64,000 nt of DNA, from assembly GCF_009914755.1 (NCBI RefSeq), contig NC_060928.1; one strand, written 5' to 3'. The DNA is from the human T2T-CHM13v2.0 reference genome, Homo sapiens. A program made the translations under genes and the position numbers. The notes under the pieces were generated by a model, which was not told the DNA's origin, searched no databases, and saw only the letters and a list, made by a program, of their open reading frames with translations. This document shows positions 32,590 through 50,313 of the stretch, one piece after another; the first letter of the stretch is position 1; each line of letters starts with the position of its first letter.

Positions 32590-34600
32590 GCAATGGCTCT
32601 GTTGGAGTGATGGGCAAGCAGCTCAGCTCAGACCTTGGGCTATTAGGTGTGGTCTTTGCCACTGGGCGTCATTGCTTCTAAGCCTTTCAGCCAACAAAGC
32701 AAGAAAGATCATGTGTGTATACAAATGTGTTATATTTATATGTAGCTGCTATGGTCTGAATGTTTCCCTCCGCATATTCATATGTTAAATACTAATCACC
32801 ACAGTGATGGTATTAGAGGGTGGGGCCTTTGGGAGCTGATTAGATTGTGAGAACAGAGCCCTCATGAATGGAATTAATGACCTTGTAAAAGAGGGCCCCG
32901 AGAGAGCTGCCTTGCCCCTTTCACCACGTGAGGACATAGTGAGATGTCTGCATCTGGGAAAAGGGCTCTCATCCATAACCTGGCCATACTAGTGCCTTAA
33001 TCTTAGATTTCCCAGCCTCCCAAACTGTGAGAGAAATTTCCGTTACCTATAAGCCACCCAGTTTATTGTATTTTGTTATAGGCAACTCACATGGACTAAG
33101 GCAATGTCCGTCGGTATCTATATTAAGCTAAATATGAGTATATACTGATGTCTCAAACTAATTTATAACCATGTGGATTATCCTAGCCTCCTACCCTTGC
33201 TTATCTGTAAATTCCCACTTCAACAGTGAAAAATCTGGCTCTCATGACCTGCTATCCCTTTGGTTAACTGTTCAATTCCAGGAGCATATGTACCAGTATT
33301 AGAGCTGTTAACCTATATCTCCACAGAAAAAAGGTTGTCAGCTAGAATGGAGTGCTTATGCCCATTTCCTTCTGCCTTAAATCTTACAGACACCTTTCAT
33401 TTCCAAAGATACTTAGGTCCACATCTCTTGCTCCTATTCCCTTCAGTCAGATTGTTTCATACATTTATAATATATTCTCTTATCACAGTCTGGATGCCAT
33501 CTGGGCTCCCCAACCCCCTAAATGATTTGTTTTTTTTTTACTTTGCATACATTAATGTTCAATCTTTGTACTGTAAAGCTCTTTGGGTTTTGATAAATGC
33601 ATAAAATCATGTATCCAACATCACAGTATTATACAGAATAGTTACACCACCCTAAAAATCTCCTGTTTCACCTCTTCAACCTTCCTCTAGAATCCTTGGC
33701 AACCTCTAATCTTTTTTATGTCTCTATTATTTTGCCTTTTCCAGAATGTCAACTATTGGGCAAACAGTATATAATATTTTCAGACATGCTTCTTTCACTT
33801 AGCAATGTGAATTTAAGTTTCCTTCATTTTGTTTTGTATTTTGATAGCTCATTTTAAAATCCCCGAATAACATTTTATTCTATGGGGGTATCACAGTTTA
33901 TTTATCCACTCACCTATTGAATAACATCTTGGTTGCTGACACTCTTCAGTGATTATTAAGAAAGCTGCTATAAACTTTCATCAGCAATGAGTGAGATTTC
34001 TGGTTGCCCCATATCCTAGTCAGTATTCGGTATTATCAGTTTTTTAGATATTAGCCCTTCTAATAGTTATGTAGTGGTAATTCAGTGAGGTTTTAATTTG
34101 CAATTCCTTAGTGACTGATGATGTTGAACATTTTTTCCTATGCTTATATGCCATACGTAATGTCTTTAGTGAGATGTCTGTTGGATCCATCACTCATATT
34201 TTAATTGGGTTATTTACTATTGAATTTTAAGTGTTCTTTGTATATCTTGATACACCTTTATCAGATATAGTTTGCAAATATTTCTTCCCAGTCTGTGACT
34301 TCTTTTCATTCTCTTACCTGACTCTTTAACCGTCTATTCTGTCTTTTGCAAAGCAGACATTTTAAATTTTAGTAAAGTCCAACTTAATTTTTCTTTTGTG
34401 GATCATGGCTTTGCTGTTGTATCTAAAGACTCATTGCCAAACCAATGAGTCATATGGTTTGAGCCAAACCAAAGACTCATATGCTAGGTAGATATTCTCC
34501 TGTGTTTTCTTCTAGAAGTTTAAAAATTTTGCACTTTACAATTATGTCTATGATTTATTTTGATCTAATTTTTGTATAAGGTGTAAGGTCTTTTTTGTTT
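32590..34600 (-). mobile_element. L1MD-like 3' end and ORF2 C-terminus, interrupted by a MaLR LTR
   Basis: TATTAAGCTAAATATGAGTATATACTGATGTCTC...TTTGCAAATATTTCTTCCCAGTCTGTG...TTTTTGTATAAGGTGTAAGG. Confidence 0.75.
32747..33103 (+). mobile_element. MLT1A-type solo LTR
   Basis: TGCTATGGTCTGAATG...GGGGCCTTTGGGAG...AACTGTGAGAGAAATTTC...GGACTAAGGCA. Confidence 0.85.
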
Positions 34601-34604
34601 GTAT

Positions 34605-35215
34605 CCTATTCACACATTGCTGGTGAAAAGAGCAAATTGTTACAATTACTTAGGAAAACTGGCAATACCTACTGAAGCTACATATATTCCTATCTTATGA
34701 CACAGCATTCCCACTTCTGGACATAGGGCAAGTGAGCATATGTGTTTGTCCAAAGACATTATAATTTTCATAATATAACAGCCTCAAATTGGAAATAACA
34801 CAAATGCTCAAAAACAGTAAACAGTAACTACAAAAGCTCTGATGAAAAAAACCCAAAGGATATCTAAATAAATGAGGAAATATTCCATGTCCTTAATTAG
34901 AAGACTTACTGTTAAAATGTCAGTTCTTCCCAAATTGATTTGTAGATTCAACACAATCCCAATCAAAACCCCAGAAAGCTATTTTTGATATGGAAAGGTA
35001 AAAAATCTAGAAGAGCCAACACGATGTTGTAGACAAAGAACAACAAATTTGGAGGACTCGTGCTATCTGATTTGAAGACTTCCTATATTGCTATAGTAAT
35101 CAAGGCAGTTCCTGACATTGACAAAATAACAGACACATATATAAATGGAACAGAACAGAGCATGAAATAGGCACACACAAATACAGTCAACTCATCATTG
35201 ACAGAGGAGCAAAGG
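34605..35215 (+). mobile_element. Old L1M fragments (3' end piece, then ORF2 piece)
   Basis: CAGCATTCCCACTTCTGG, followed by ORF2 wording CAGTTCTTCCCAAATTGATTTGTAGATTCAACACAATCCC...CAACTCATCATTGAC. Confidence 0.7.
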
Positions 35216-35304
35216 CTGGTCTCGAACTCCTGACCTCAGGTGATCCGCTCACCTCAGCCTCCCCAACTGCTGGGATTACAGGCGTGAGCCACCACACCCG
35301 GCCC
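35212..35304 (-). mobile_element. AluS left-arm fragment (right arm and tail absent)
   Basis: AGGCTGGTCTCGAACTCCTGACCTCAGGTGATCC...GAGCCACCACACCCGGCC. Confidence 0.85.
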
Positions 35305-36006
35305 CCCCCAAATATCTTTAACGGTAATTTGGCCTGTTCTATACCTCTAAAACAACAATATATTCCCTCAGCATGTGGGATATATTTTTTCATTTACTGC
35401 TGGCATCTATTATTTCTGTTTATAAGACTGCTGTTAGTTTAACTCCAATTACTTTATGGGTAGTCTGTCTTTTCTCTCTGTTAGCTTGTAAAGTATTTCC
35501 TCTTGTTTTCAATGCTTTCCAGATGTATTGTGATGTGTCTATATTTTCCTTTTGCTTAGTAATTGAAATATGCTTTTAGTTTTAGAATTCTTAGTTTTCT
35601 TTAATTCTAGATAAATGTAATTCCTTCTTTGTCATTGTCTCTTTTCTTCTGAAATATCCATTTCTTCTGAAATACCAGTTAATTTTTGATTTTTAATCTA
35701 CCTTTAATATGTCTTGATTGATTACTTTTATATCTTTATATCTCTTTATGTTTTGTTCTAGGTGGCTTCTTTACTATCATACATTCACTGATTTTCTCAT
35801 CTGCTGTGAGCTCTCTAGAGTGTACTCCCCATTAAGTGTGTATATGTGTTTATTTCAAGGCTTACATTCACGATCTTAAACTGGTATCTTTTCTTTTTTT
35901 GTTTTTGCCTTAATTTCTTATGTCTTACTCTTGAACAAGATGTTACATATAGAATGAATTCCTTCATTTATCGTTTTGAGAACATAAACACACTTATTAA
36001 AGAATT

Positions 36007-36280
36007 TCATGCCTGTAATCCCAGCATTTTGGGAGGCTGAGGTGGGTGAATTACCCAGGAGTTTGAGACTGGCCTGGGCAACATGGCAAAACTCTGTCTA
36101 CAAAAAGTACAAAAATTAGCTGGGCATGGTGGCATGCCCCTGTAGTCCCAGCTACTCAGGAGGCTGAGGTGGGAGGATCACTTGAGCCCGGGAGGTTGAG
36201 GCTGCAGTGGGCTGTGATCATGGCTCTGCGCTCCAGCCTGCGTGACAGAGTGAAACCCTGTCTCAAGAAAAAAAGAAAAA
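36007..36280 (+). mobile_element. AluJ
   Basis: GGTGGGAGGATCACTTGAGCCCGGGAGGTTGAGGCTGCAGTG motif, A tail. Confidence 0.88.
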
Positions 36281-37466
36281 TCAGTCTATTTCATACGATA
36301 TTTTAATGTGAAACATAAAACTTTTTTATGTGAAACATATTTTATTAATATTCTGATTTTAGAAAATTTTTGCTGTATGTATTAACATTCTATTTCTTTT
36401 TACATTTTAGAATTTTGGTTTGGGGGCTCATTTTGACAGAGAAGTATTTTTATTTGTTCATATTCTCTCTTTTTCCACTCCCTGCATAGGAACTAGACCC
36501 TCAAATGAGAACCACAACTTGCAATTAGTGGCATGGCAATGTTCCTGTTGGTGATTATACTGGCTATGCTGAAGATGACTTCAAGTCAATGGGTGGTTTA
36601 GTTCAGTTCTTTGTTATAAGGCTATGTCTGCTTCCTCTTGCCCCTTCAGGCTTGCAACTTACCCAAAACAGTGGCTTTAGGTGGCAGTTAGCAGTGGTTT
36701 CTTTGACCTGATTTTATGAGAGATTAATGAAATTACTTTCACATCTCCTGAATACTTTTTGTGAATTTGGATCCTGTAACTTTGTCATGTGGAACACTTT
36801 TAGTTCTCATTGCCTCTAAGAGCTGCGTTGCCTCTCTTGGCTTGTAGTTTAGTACCACACTGCATTTTGCAGGTTAGTTCTATTTCTAGTGCAAAGAACT
36901 ATTTATTATGTTTTTTAATAGTATATGTATTTTTATTTTCTCTTTATGTATTTTATATAGATAATGAAGAGTAGGTGCTGATACATATTATTCTAATCTG
37001 TTAGTTGCCATAATACCTTGAATTGAGTTTGAGCCTGATTTTGCCATTCTGCCTTTGGGTCAATTTCCAAACTTCAAATCATTTTCCTTTCCTCTAATGT
37101 TTGCTTGCTTCAATTTTTCCTTAAATAAACATTTCTAAAAATATTAACAACTTAATTAGAGTAGAGGATGTGCTGTTGAAGTATATTAAAAATAGTGTAG
37201 TTTACATAGGACATCGTTTAATTTTCTTCTATGTCATAATCTTGAGGGTGGCTAGAGAATCAAGATGAGTAGGTGGCGCTACCATTCTCAACATTTGGCT
37301 TTTACTCATGGATTCAAGATGTCACTGCAGTGGTGCATAATTTCCTAATCACCACAAAGTGGGAAGAAGACTAGAGACACGTTCTTCCAATTTTACTGAG
37401 AATTGAAATGACATGCTTTCTTATCTCTGTGGCAAACAATTCTAAGGCTAAATATATGCTATGCTA

Positions 37467-37819
37467 TGCTATGGTTTGAATATATTCCCCGTAAAGCATG
37501 TGTTGGAAACTTAGTTCCCAGTGAAACTTTGTTGGGAGGGGCCTAATGAGAGGTGATCAGCCTGTGAAGGTAGAGTGATTACTGTGTTACTGAGTTCCTT
37601 ATAAAACATGAGTTTGGCCTCTTTTGCATCTGTCACTCTCTCTCACCCTCTCTTTGTTCTTTTGCCATGGGATGAAGCATCAAAAAAGCCTTCACCAGAT
37701 GCTAGCCCCTTGATCATGGACTTCCCAACCTTCAGAGTCATGAGCTAATAAATTTCTGTTCATTATAAATTATTCAATTTGTGGTATTCTGTTACAGCAG
37801 CACAAAATGAACTAAGTCA
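37467..37819 (+). mobile_element. MST-type MaLR solo LTR
   Basis: TGCTATGGTTTGAATAT...CATGTGTTGGAAACTTA...CAGCAGCACAAAATGAACTAAGTCA. Confidence 0.82.
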
Positions 37820-38146
37820 ACATATATTCCTGGTTCTACACTAAACAATATTGGGACCAGAAACAAATAAATTAATACATCGCTTCAGAAAGTAATTACT
37901 TCTCAAGGTTAAGGTGGTGAACCAATTAAAATTTCTTTTTTTTTAATTATACTTTAAGTTCTAGGATACATGTGCACAACGTGCAGGTTTGTTACATATG
38001 TATACATGTGCCATGTTGGTTTGCTGCACCCACTAACTCGTTTACGTAAGGTATTTCTCCTAATGCTATCCCTCCCCCAGACTTCCACCCTACGACAGGC
38101 CCTGGTGTGTGATGTTCCCTGCCCTGTGTCCAAGTGTTCTCATTGT

Positions 38147-41964
<3,818 letters not shown>

Positions 41965-42027
41965 TATGATGTTAGCTGGTTATTTTGCCCATTAGTTGAT
42001 ACAGTTTCTTCCTAGCATCGAAGGTCT

Positions 42028-43051
42028 TTACAATTTGGCATGTTTTTGCAGTGGCTGGTACCAGTTATTCATTTCCATGTTTAGTGCTTCCTTTAGGAGC
42101 TCTTGTAAGGCAGGCCTGGTGGTGACAAAATCTGTCAGCATTTGCTTGTCTGTAAAGGATTTTATTTCTCCTTCACTTATGAAGCTTAGTTTGGCTGGAT
42201 ATGAAATTCTGGGTTGAAAATTCTTTTCTTTAACCATGTTGAATATTGGCCCCCAATCTTCCCTGCTTGTAGAGTTTCTGCCAAGAGATCTGCTGTTAGT
42301 CTGATGGGCTTCCCTTTGTGGGTAACCTGACCTTTCTCTCTGGCTGCCTTTAGCATTTTTTCCTTCATTCCAACCTTGGTGAATCTGACAAGTATGTGTC
42401 TTGGGAATGCTCTTCTCAAGGAGTATCTTTGTGGTGTTCTCTGTATTTCCTGAATTTGAATGTTGGCCTGTTTTGCTAGGTTGAGGAAGTTCTCCTGGGT
42501 AATATCCTGAAGAGGGTTTTCCAACTTGGTTCCATTCTCCCCATCACTTTCTGGTACAGCAATCAAATGTAGATTTGGCCTTTTCACATAGTCCCATATT
42601 TCTTGGAGGCTTTGTTCAGTTTTTTTTTACTCTTTTTCCTCTAAACTTCTCTTCTCGCTTCATTTATTAATTTGATCTCCAATCACTGATACCCTTTCTT
42701 CCACTTGATCAAATTGGCTACTGAAGCTTGTGCATGCCTCATGTAGTTCTTATGCCATGGTTTTCAGCTCCATCAGGTCATTTAAGGTCTTCTCTACACC
42801 GTTTATTCTAGTTAGCCATTCGTCTAATCTTTTTTCAAGCTTTTTAGCTTCCTTGCTGTGGGTTCAAACACCCTCCTTTAACTCGGATAAGTTTGTTATT
42901 ACCGACCTTCTGAAGCCTACTTCTGTCAACTCCTGAAAGTCATTCTCCGTCCTGTTTTGTTCTGCTGCTGGCGAGGAGCATTGATCCTTTGGAAGAGAAA
43001 GGGCACTCTGTTTTTTAGAATTTTCAGTTTTCTGCTCTGGTGTATCCCCAT
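42028..43051 (-). pseudogene. L1 ORF1, disrupted
   Basis: Fragments KRPNLHLIAVPESDGENG and NFQPRISYPAKLSF...PLQKHAKL. ATG at 43051. Confidence 0.88.
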
Positions 43052-43502
43052 CTTTGTGGTTTTATATACGTTTGGTCTTTGATGATGGTGACCTACAGAT
43101 GGGGTTTTGGTGTGGATGTCCTTTTTGTTGATGTTGATACTATTCCTTTCTGTTTGTTAGTTTTCCTTCTAACAGTCAGGTCCCTCAGCTGCAGGTCTGT
43201 TGGAGTTTGTTGGAGGTCCATTCCTGACCCTGTTTACTTGGGTATCACCAGTGGAGGCTGCAGAACAGCAAAAATTGCAGAACAGCAAATATTGCTGCCT
43301 GATCCTTCCTCTGGAAGCTTTGTCTCAGAGGGGCACTCAGCTGTATGAAGTGTCATTCGGCCCCTACTGGGAGGTGTCTCCCAGTTAGGCTACATGAGGG
43401 TAAGGGATCCACTTGAGGAGGCAGTCTGTCCATTCTCAGAGATCAAATTCCATGCTGGGAGAACCACTGCTCTCTTCAGAGCTGTCAGACAGGGACGTTT
43501 AA

Positions 43503-43821
<319 letters not shown>

Positions 43822-45956
43822 TAAAATTTCTTACTTATGAAGAAAAAACCTTTTAGCCAAGGCTTGCTTTAATATTTTTACCTTCGGTGCACTCAATCCA
43901 AAATTATCATGTCATCAATATTGTCTGATTTCAACTATGCTCTGCCTTGCAAGACTCACCTTAAAATCACTCATCCCAAGCCCTAAAGGTCTAAAAATAT
44001 TATTCACTGAATTCTCCTTTCCAAGAAACTACTGTCCAGATTACATTGTCTCTTGATGAAGTAAGTTTCATAAACATAGCCTTATTTGATTAACAAATAT
44101 TTTAAGTGATATTTTGGGGAGTCAATGATAATAGTAATAAAGACAAAAACTGGATGGCACAGAACATTTCTGCTGAAATTCCACAGGCCAGACGTTTGTT
44201 ATTTGGACATATATAGGTCAAAATTTTAGTATTAGGTTGTGTAGATTTGTGCCTGATTAAAAGTGTATCATAATAGGAGAAAAAAGGATTCTGGGTGACT
44301 AGTAGTGATCTTTCACTAAACCTCTGATTATGGGAATATTCATAGTTATCATTCTTCCCACTCACTCACCATTTCCCAAGGAAGACTCAAATAATTCCTA
44401 GTCAATTATTATCCAGCCATGTTATTTGAGTGATATGCAGAATTTTCCACCAGGTATGGACAATGGATCAAGCAATGTATAAAATAATAGACAATTACCA
44501 TGAATCTTTGCCTTCCGTATTTAGTAGTGGACCAGAAATAAGATAGCTATCAACTTTCCATTTTGAAAAAGGACAAGTAGAAAAATGACATTCATAATAA
44601 TAAAGGGGTCCTAAGAAGCAGAAATTATGAAGATTCCCTGTCAAGGCAATAGAGTACTTATTTTGGTTAGCATCTGTATCTACTTTCTGGGAAGAACTTC
44701 CTTATCTGTTGTCCTCCATGAGATCTGAGGGACTTTTTCTTGTCTATTGTTGTCTTTGGCCACATTTGACGTGGCCATGCATACACATACACATGCATAC
44801 ACATTGCATGCATACACATGCATGCACATTGGAGAGTATACATGCTTGGGGGTTGCACAATCTTATTTTGCAGGTTGGAGATTCAGGGGTTTACTTAGGA
44901 GTAGGTTAATCATAAACATTTGTACTTTAGAGTGGCAATGTCTTTTTTAATACAAGTACCTAAAATCTAGTAGGCTTTCAGTCTATATGTTTGTAGTCAG
45001 TTTCATGTGACATTAAATACAGCCAAGGATCTTGCCTCCTCATAACTTTTAAACCCACCCAAATCCTTTTTAGTTACTGGCCTGTTAAGCTGGCTCATGT
45101 CTTTTCCTCAATTTAATAGCAACTACCTTGAGGCTATCTGAAGCAATAGGGATTGAAAAACAACTCATTTAATCTAATCTGTGATCTGGGCTGAGTTCCA
45201 TTGTCTGGTCAAGATCTCTTGAGTCAGACAGAAGGCCCTCTAATAAAGTTCAGGTCTCAATCTTATCCCATTATGTTTAGGGGTTAGCAACCTTGGCTCT
45301 CCAACATTGTTTAAGGCTCAAAATTACTTGACTCACATCACAGTTTATTTAGATTACAGGATGCAGGCAAAGAGTTTACCTTATCAGAACACATTACTTT
45401 CCACATCTGCTTGAGAACCCCTCATCAGAATTTCTCTATTTCTCTCCAGTGATTTGTTTAAAAGATGCAAACTGTTAGCCAGCACACACAAATATTCTGA
45501 TTTTTTTCTGATGAGTTCCACTAAAGTTATGGGCTCTCCGGACATTTGATTTGCTTTTTAAATGATCACAGGTAACAGTTTCACCACATTCAGTTAATGG
45601 TCATAGTATAATAAGTATCACTGGATTTCTAATCAGTAATTTCTGTATTCTCAACATCTGCTGCTTTCCTGCTAAGCCAAATTGCATAAATCTTCTATAG
45701 GTACTCTAGCATCCTCCTTGTACAAATATTTATTTTAAATAGATGTCAAATACAATTACTTTGTTTTTAAAAAAATAAACATTTATTTCTCTCTCATGTA
45801 ATAGTCCAGATACAGGCAGTTGATCCAAGATGGATAGGCATCTCTGCCACATTGAACAAATGGCTTCTAGTTATGGGTTTAAGAAAGTTTTTCTGGCTCT
45901 CACTAGCTCCCAGCCACTTGAAAGGGAAAAGGCAACATCAAAGTACACACTCAGTT

Positions 45957-46264
45957 TTGTTTTTTGTTTTTTTTTTTGAGACAGCATCTTCCTGTGTTGG
46001 CCAGGCTATAGTGCAGTGGCACAATCATGACTCACTGCAAGCTTCACCCTTCCAGGCTCAAATGATCCTCCCGAATCAGCCTCTTGAGTAGCTGGGACTA
46101 CAGGTACATGCCACCACACCTGGCTAATTTTTATATTTTTAGTAGATATGGGGTTTCACCATGTTGCCCAGGCTGGTTGGTCTTGAACTCCTGGGCTCAA
46201 GTGATCCACCCACCTTGGCCTCCCAAAGTGCTGGGATTACAGGTGTGAGCCACCATGCCTGGTC
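45957..46264 (-). mobile_element. AluJ
   Basis: CTCCTGGGCTCAAGTGATCC motif. TSD CACACTCAGTT at 45946-45956 and 46265-46275. Confidence 0.88.
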
Positions 46265-46339
46265 CACACTCAGTTATTTCAAGGGCAAGATTCAAACATG
46301 GTGCATAACTCTTTTGTTCTGTAGTATTGTAGCATTTTT

Positions 46340-47380
46340 ATTTAATTTGGGCTTGAGGTCTTTCTCTTGAGATTGGTTATAAACTCCAGCCTTGCCCTGA
46401 CAGCATTCCAGGGTAGGTGGTCATGGATGTTTACAGTGTGGCTTTCACAGGATACTCCTTTATCCTGGTGAACAGCCTAATACCAAGGTGTATGACCTGT
46501 TGTTACTAAAATGAACTTGGGTCTGCTGCCCAGTGCAGTAAAGCGAAACACTGACATTGGGACTGCAATGAGGCATTTATTGCAGGACATCAAGCAACAA
46601 GAATCAGTTAGTTCATGCTTAAAACCTGAGATCCCTGATGGCTTGCACGTAAGGGTTTTTATAGTCAGGGAGGCAAAGGTCATAAATTAATAAAAGTCAT
46701 AAATTAATACATAGAGGCTATATATTGGTTTGACCCCAAAAGGTGGGACATCTCAAAGCAGGATTCACAGGGAATAGGTGGGCTCAAAGATTTTCTGATG
46801 GACTCGGTGGCTCACGCCTGTAATCCCAGCACTTTGGGAGGCAGAGGTGGGCAGATCAGGAGGTCAGGAGTTCGAGACCAGCCTGACCAACACGGTGAAA
46901 CCCCGTCTCAATTAAAAATACAAAAATTAGCTGGGCGTGGTGGCGCATGCCTGTAATCCCAGCTACTCAGGAGGGTGAGGCAGGATAATCCCTTGAAACT
47001 GGGAGACGGAGGTTGCAGTGAGCTGAGATTGCGCCACTACACTCCAGCCTGGGCGACAGACTGAGACTCTGTCTCAAAACAAAACAAAATAAAAAAGATA
47101 TTCTGATTTGCAATTGGTTAAAGAGGTGAAGGTTTGTCTAAAATTTTGTGGTCAGTAGAAAAGAATGTAAGCCTTGGCCCATGGGTGTGACTTCCTCCAG
47201 GCACCTAAGAAAGAATTTTAGAACAAAGAACAACTGTCAGAATTCAGTCCACAGTTTTTCCTTATCTGAGATCTACATACCAGAGGAGCCATCTGGTGGG
47301 GGTCTGGATTTCTGAAAAAGAACTCAGGAACATATGTTAAAATGTTATTTTTAGTTTCTTTAGGGAAACCAAATTACCTT
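46340..47380 (-). mobile_element. ERV1 LTR sequence: short LTR fragment (~46340-46500) abutting a MER4-group (MER49/LOR1-like) LTR from 46501, interrupted by an Alu
   Basis: TGTTACT...GCATTTATTGCAGG...AAAGGTGGGACATCTCAAAGC...GATTTGCAATTGGTTAAAG are MER4-group motifs. Confidence 0.6.
46800..47093 (+). mobile_element. AluS (Sg-like)
   Basis: GAGGTCAGGAGTTCGAGACCAGCCTG. TSD AAAGAT(T/A)TTCTGAT at 46786-46799 and 47094-47107. Confidence 0.88.
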
Positions 47381-48869
47381 TTTCAGGAATGCAAAATTAA
47401 AACAAGGTGAACCAAACAAATTATTTTTCTCATCACGAAAAATAGAGAATATGCAAGAGTGTGAGAATTCAGGAAAATCATTTCTGCTGATAGAACTGTA
47501 AGAACTTAAATGATGAAAGAGTCAAAGACAAGAGACCATGTATACCATGAAGAGAGGATAAAGAGAATGTTGACCAATCTTCAATTTTCATGAGTCCTGA
47601 TTGAATATTCTGAGCTATGTTTTCATGAGATTCCTCTGTATTATTTAATAAACATATGATTTTTCCTTGAAGAATTCTATTTTTTTCTTATCAGTAACTA
47701 TTCTCTGATTAAAGAAGTATCACTGCAACTTTGAGATCTCTTGGTCTAATTCAGAGAATAAACAAACAAACAAACAAATATTGTAGTTTACATACTTAAA
47801 ATAATGCCACCAGATCAAGGAAAGGGGAATAATTTATCTCGGAAAATCAGGGAAGGCTCCAGAGTGAATGTAACTTTTTAACGTGGTCTTGAAACTAAGA
47901 TTTTATCGCTTGGAATAGGAAAGGCCAGAGGGCCACAGCATAGGGAAGAATTTTTCAGGTAAGAAAAATTCAGAGTAATTCTATGTGTCCAGAGATTTAT
48001 CTAGTCCATAAATCTAAGTAAACACTGAGAAGTCCTTCTTTTCAAAGTGAAGAATTTGGTATAGCATGAGTTTCAGATTTCTGTCTTAAGATGTTTAGTT
48101 ACTAGAAGTATTAGAACTCTCTTTTTCACTATATAATGCCATGCCAATGTGGTGATAAAGGAAGGACTACAAGACATAAACAATTTCTACCAGTCTCTAA
48201 ACCTCCTTCTTTTATGTTAAGTTGCATAGAAAGAAAGAAAAAAACATCTTTTTTTCCCCCACTAAGAAGTTTCTCTTTGAGTTTATTCTAGTTATTCTGG
48301 CCATGTTACTACTTGCAGGATTGTGTGGCAAATAATGCAAACGTTAAAAAAAATCTGTTTTATACCATGAGTGGTTTTGTTTTCCCTAATTAGGAAGGAG
48401 AAGATTCATTTAGGAAGTCAGAATGACTTCTGCTTCAAACCTACAAATCTCATCAATTGGCAGGCTGTAGCCAATTAGCTTCCAACATGACAGACCAGGT
48501 GGCCAGATCCTGGGATAGCTTTCAAAAGAAAGCACACAATGTAAATATGTGTCTTTCCATCTGGCAGACTGAGGGATTTGGAAGAGGTGCCAAACTGGTT
48601 ATTGGCTTCTGATTAGCCAGAAGATGATGGCTGCTTAATGCACTGTATTAACTACAGTTGCGTTGGGTGAAGCTGTGATTGTCTTCAAAGGTTCAATTTG
48701 GAACATTAACATGATAATTAAATTTCAGTTTCTGATAACTACTGTAAAAATAGGTAGGTTTGTTGCTAAAATACCAAAGAAAATGTAAACATGTTTCAAC
48801 TTCAAAGTTTTCTTTCAAAAAAAGATATTCCTTCTTAAGCTGGAAAGATGCTGGAAGACCTTCCTTCTG

Positions 48870-49390
48870 AGTTTCACACTGATACATGCAATTGCTTACT
48901 TGACATCTCCACTTGTCTCTCTCACTTAACACTTTCAAAACTGAACTTTTGATCTTCCCACAGCCAATCCAGTGTTTTATCTTCTCAGTAAATGATCCCA
49001 CTGCTTGCCTAGGTACATCAGCCAAAGTCTGCAAATAATCCTGGACACCGACCTCTCTCCTATCCACATCCATTCCATCGCCAAAGTCTGTCTATTCTAC
49101 CTACAAAGCATATTTCACACCTCTCCACTTTTCTCCAGGTTCATCACTAACATTTTATTTTAAGGTTTCCTGTTTTCAGAATGACTGGAATAGCTTCCTA
49201 ATTCTCTCCACTTTCATTCTTGCCATTCTCAATCTGATTTATACACAGCTGTCAGAGAATATGACATTTTTGGATCAGTTTTCTCTCTTATTCTAAGTTT
49301 TTTATTGGCATCTCTTTGCACTAAGATAGACGACAAAATTTTTTGCCATTTGTGTTCTGTCCCTTACTTGCTTCTCTAGACCCTTCTCTT
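48870..49390 (+). mobile_element. L2 fragment
   Basis: TTACTTGACATCTCCACTTG...AAAACTGAACTTTTGATCTTCCC...CTGGAATAGCTTCCTAA. Confidence 0.75.
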
Positions 49391-50313
49391 TACATTGTCT
49401 CTCTTCCACTCAAGAGTAAACTTAGGGATGGAGGGAGGTGATGGAAACTTAAAAAACATTTTCCGGGTGAATTGTTTACAATCAGAAATCCTTTGGCATT
49501 CACCAACCCTTTCTATCCTCAGCACCTCCCATTATGGATGTTTCTGGACTTCCAGATCACTTTGCCATGTTAATTGAGAACTTGTGCCCAGCTAAAATAC
49601 TTATTTTTCTGTTTTTATTCTTGAGAAATACTTGCAGATTTTTCATACACTATTTGTTTTCATATTTCTTGACTTCATGAACTCTAATAAGTAGCATGTA
49701 TCTTCCAATTTACTAACTTGTACCCATGGCTATTTAATAAAATTTCCTATTCAGAAATTGTAAATGAATTATTAAATTTAAATATTCTCATATTTCTTCC
49801 TGATATATGATGCCTTCCTGCCCTTTATTCTTGTTTTATATATGTCATTTATTTCTCCACTTATGATGCTGACATTTCTCCTGGTGTTAAGCCCTGTTTT
49901 ATCATTTTCCCTGCTTACCAACACTAAATTTTTTTTAAAAGCTTAAAAAAAATTCACAAAGACCTTCAGTATTCTGGTAAAAAAAACCAAATATTTGGAC
50001 ACCTATTTCTTTTCTGTTAAGCTTATAACCTTGGCAAGTTACTTGATCCTTGCTTATTCCACAGTCTCACTTTTTTTCTCTGAACTGCTTATAGCAACCA
50101 GGAAAAAATTGCTAGCAAAAATGCTTGGTCTAAAACCTGAGCTAAACCATTCAACATGTAACTAAATCTTGTTCAGTCAGTCTTTTCAGGGGACATTCTA
50201 CATATTCAGTATTTTTTTAAAATTTTCTACTTCTCTTTATCTTCTATTCTCATAATATTGCTTTTTCCTTATTCTTTTCACTTCTGGAATCTTGCATAAA
50301 ATTTGGCATAGGG

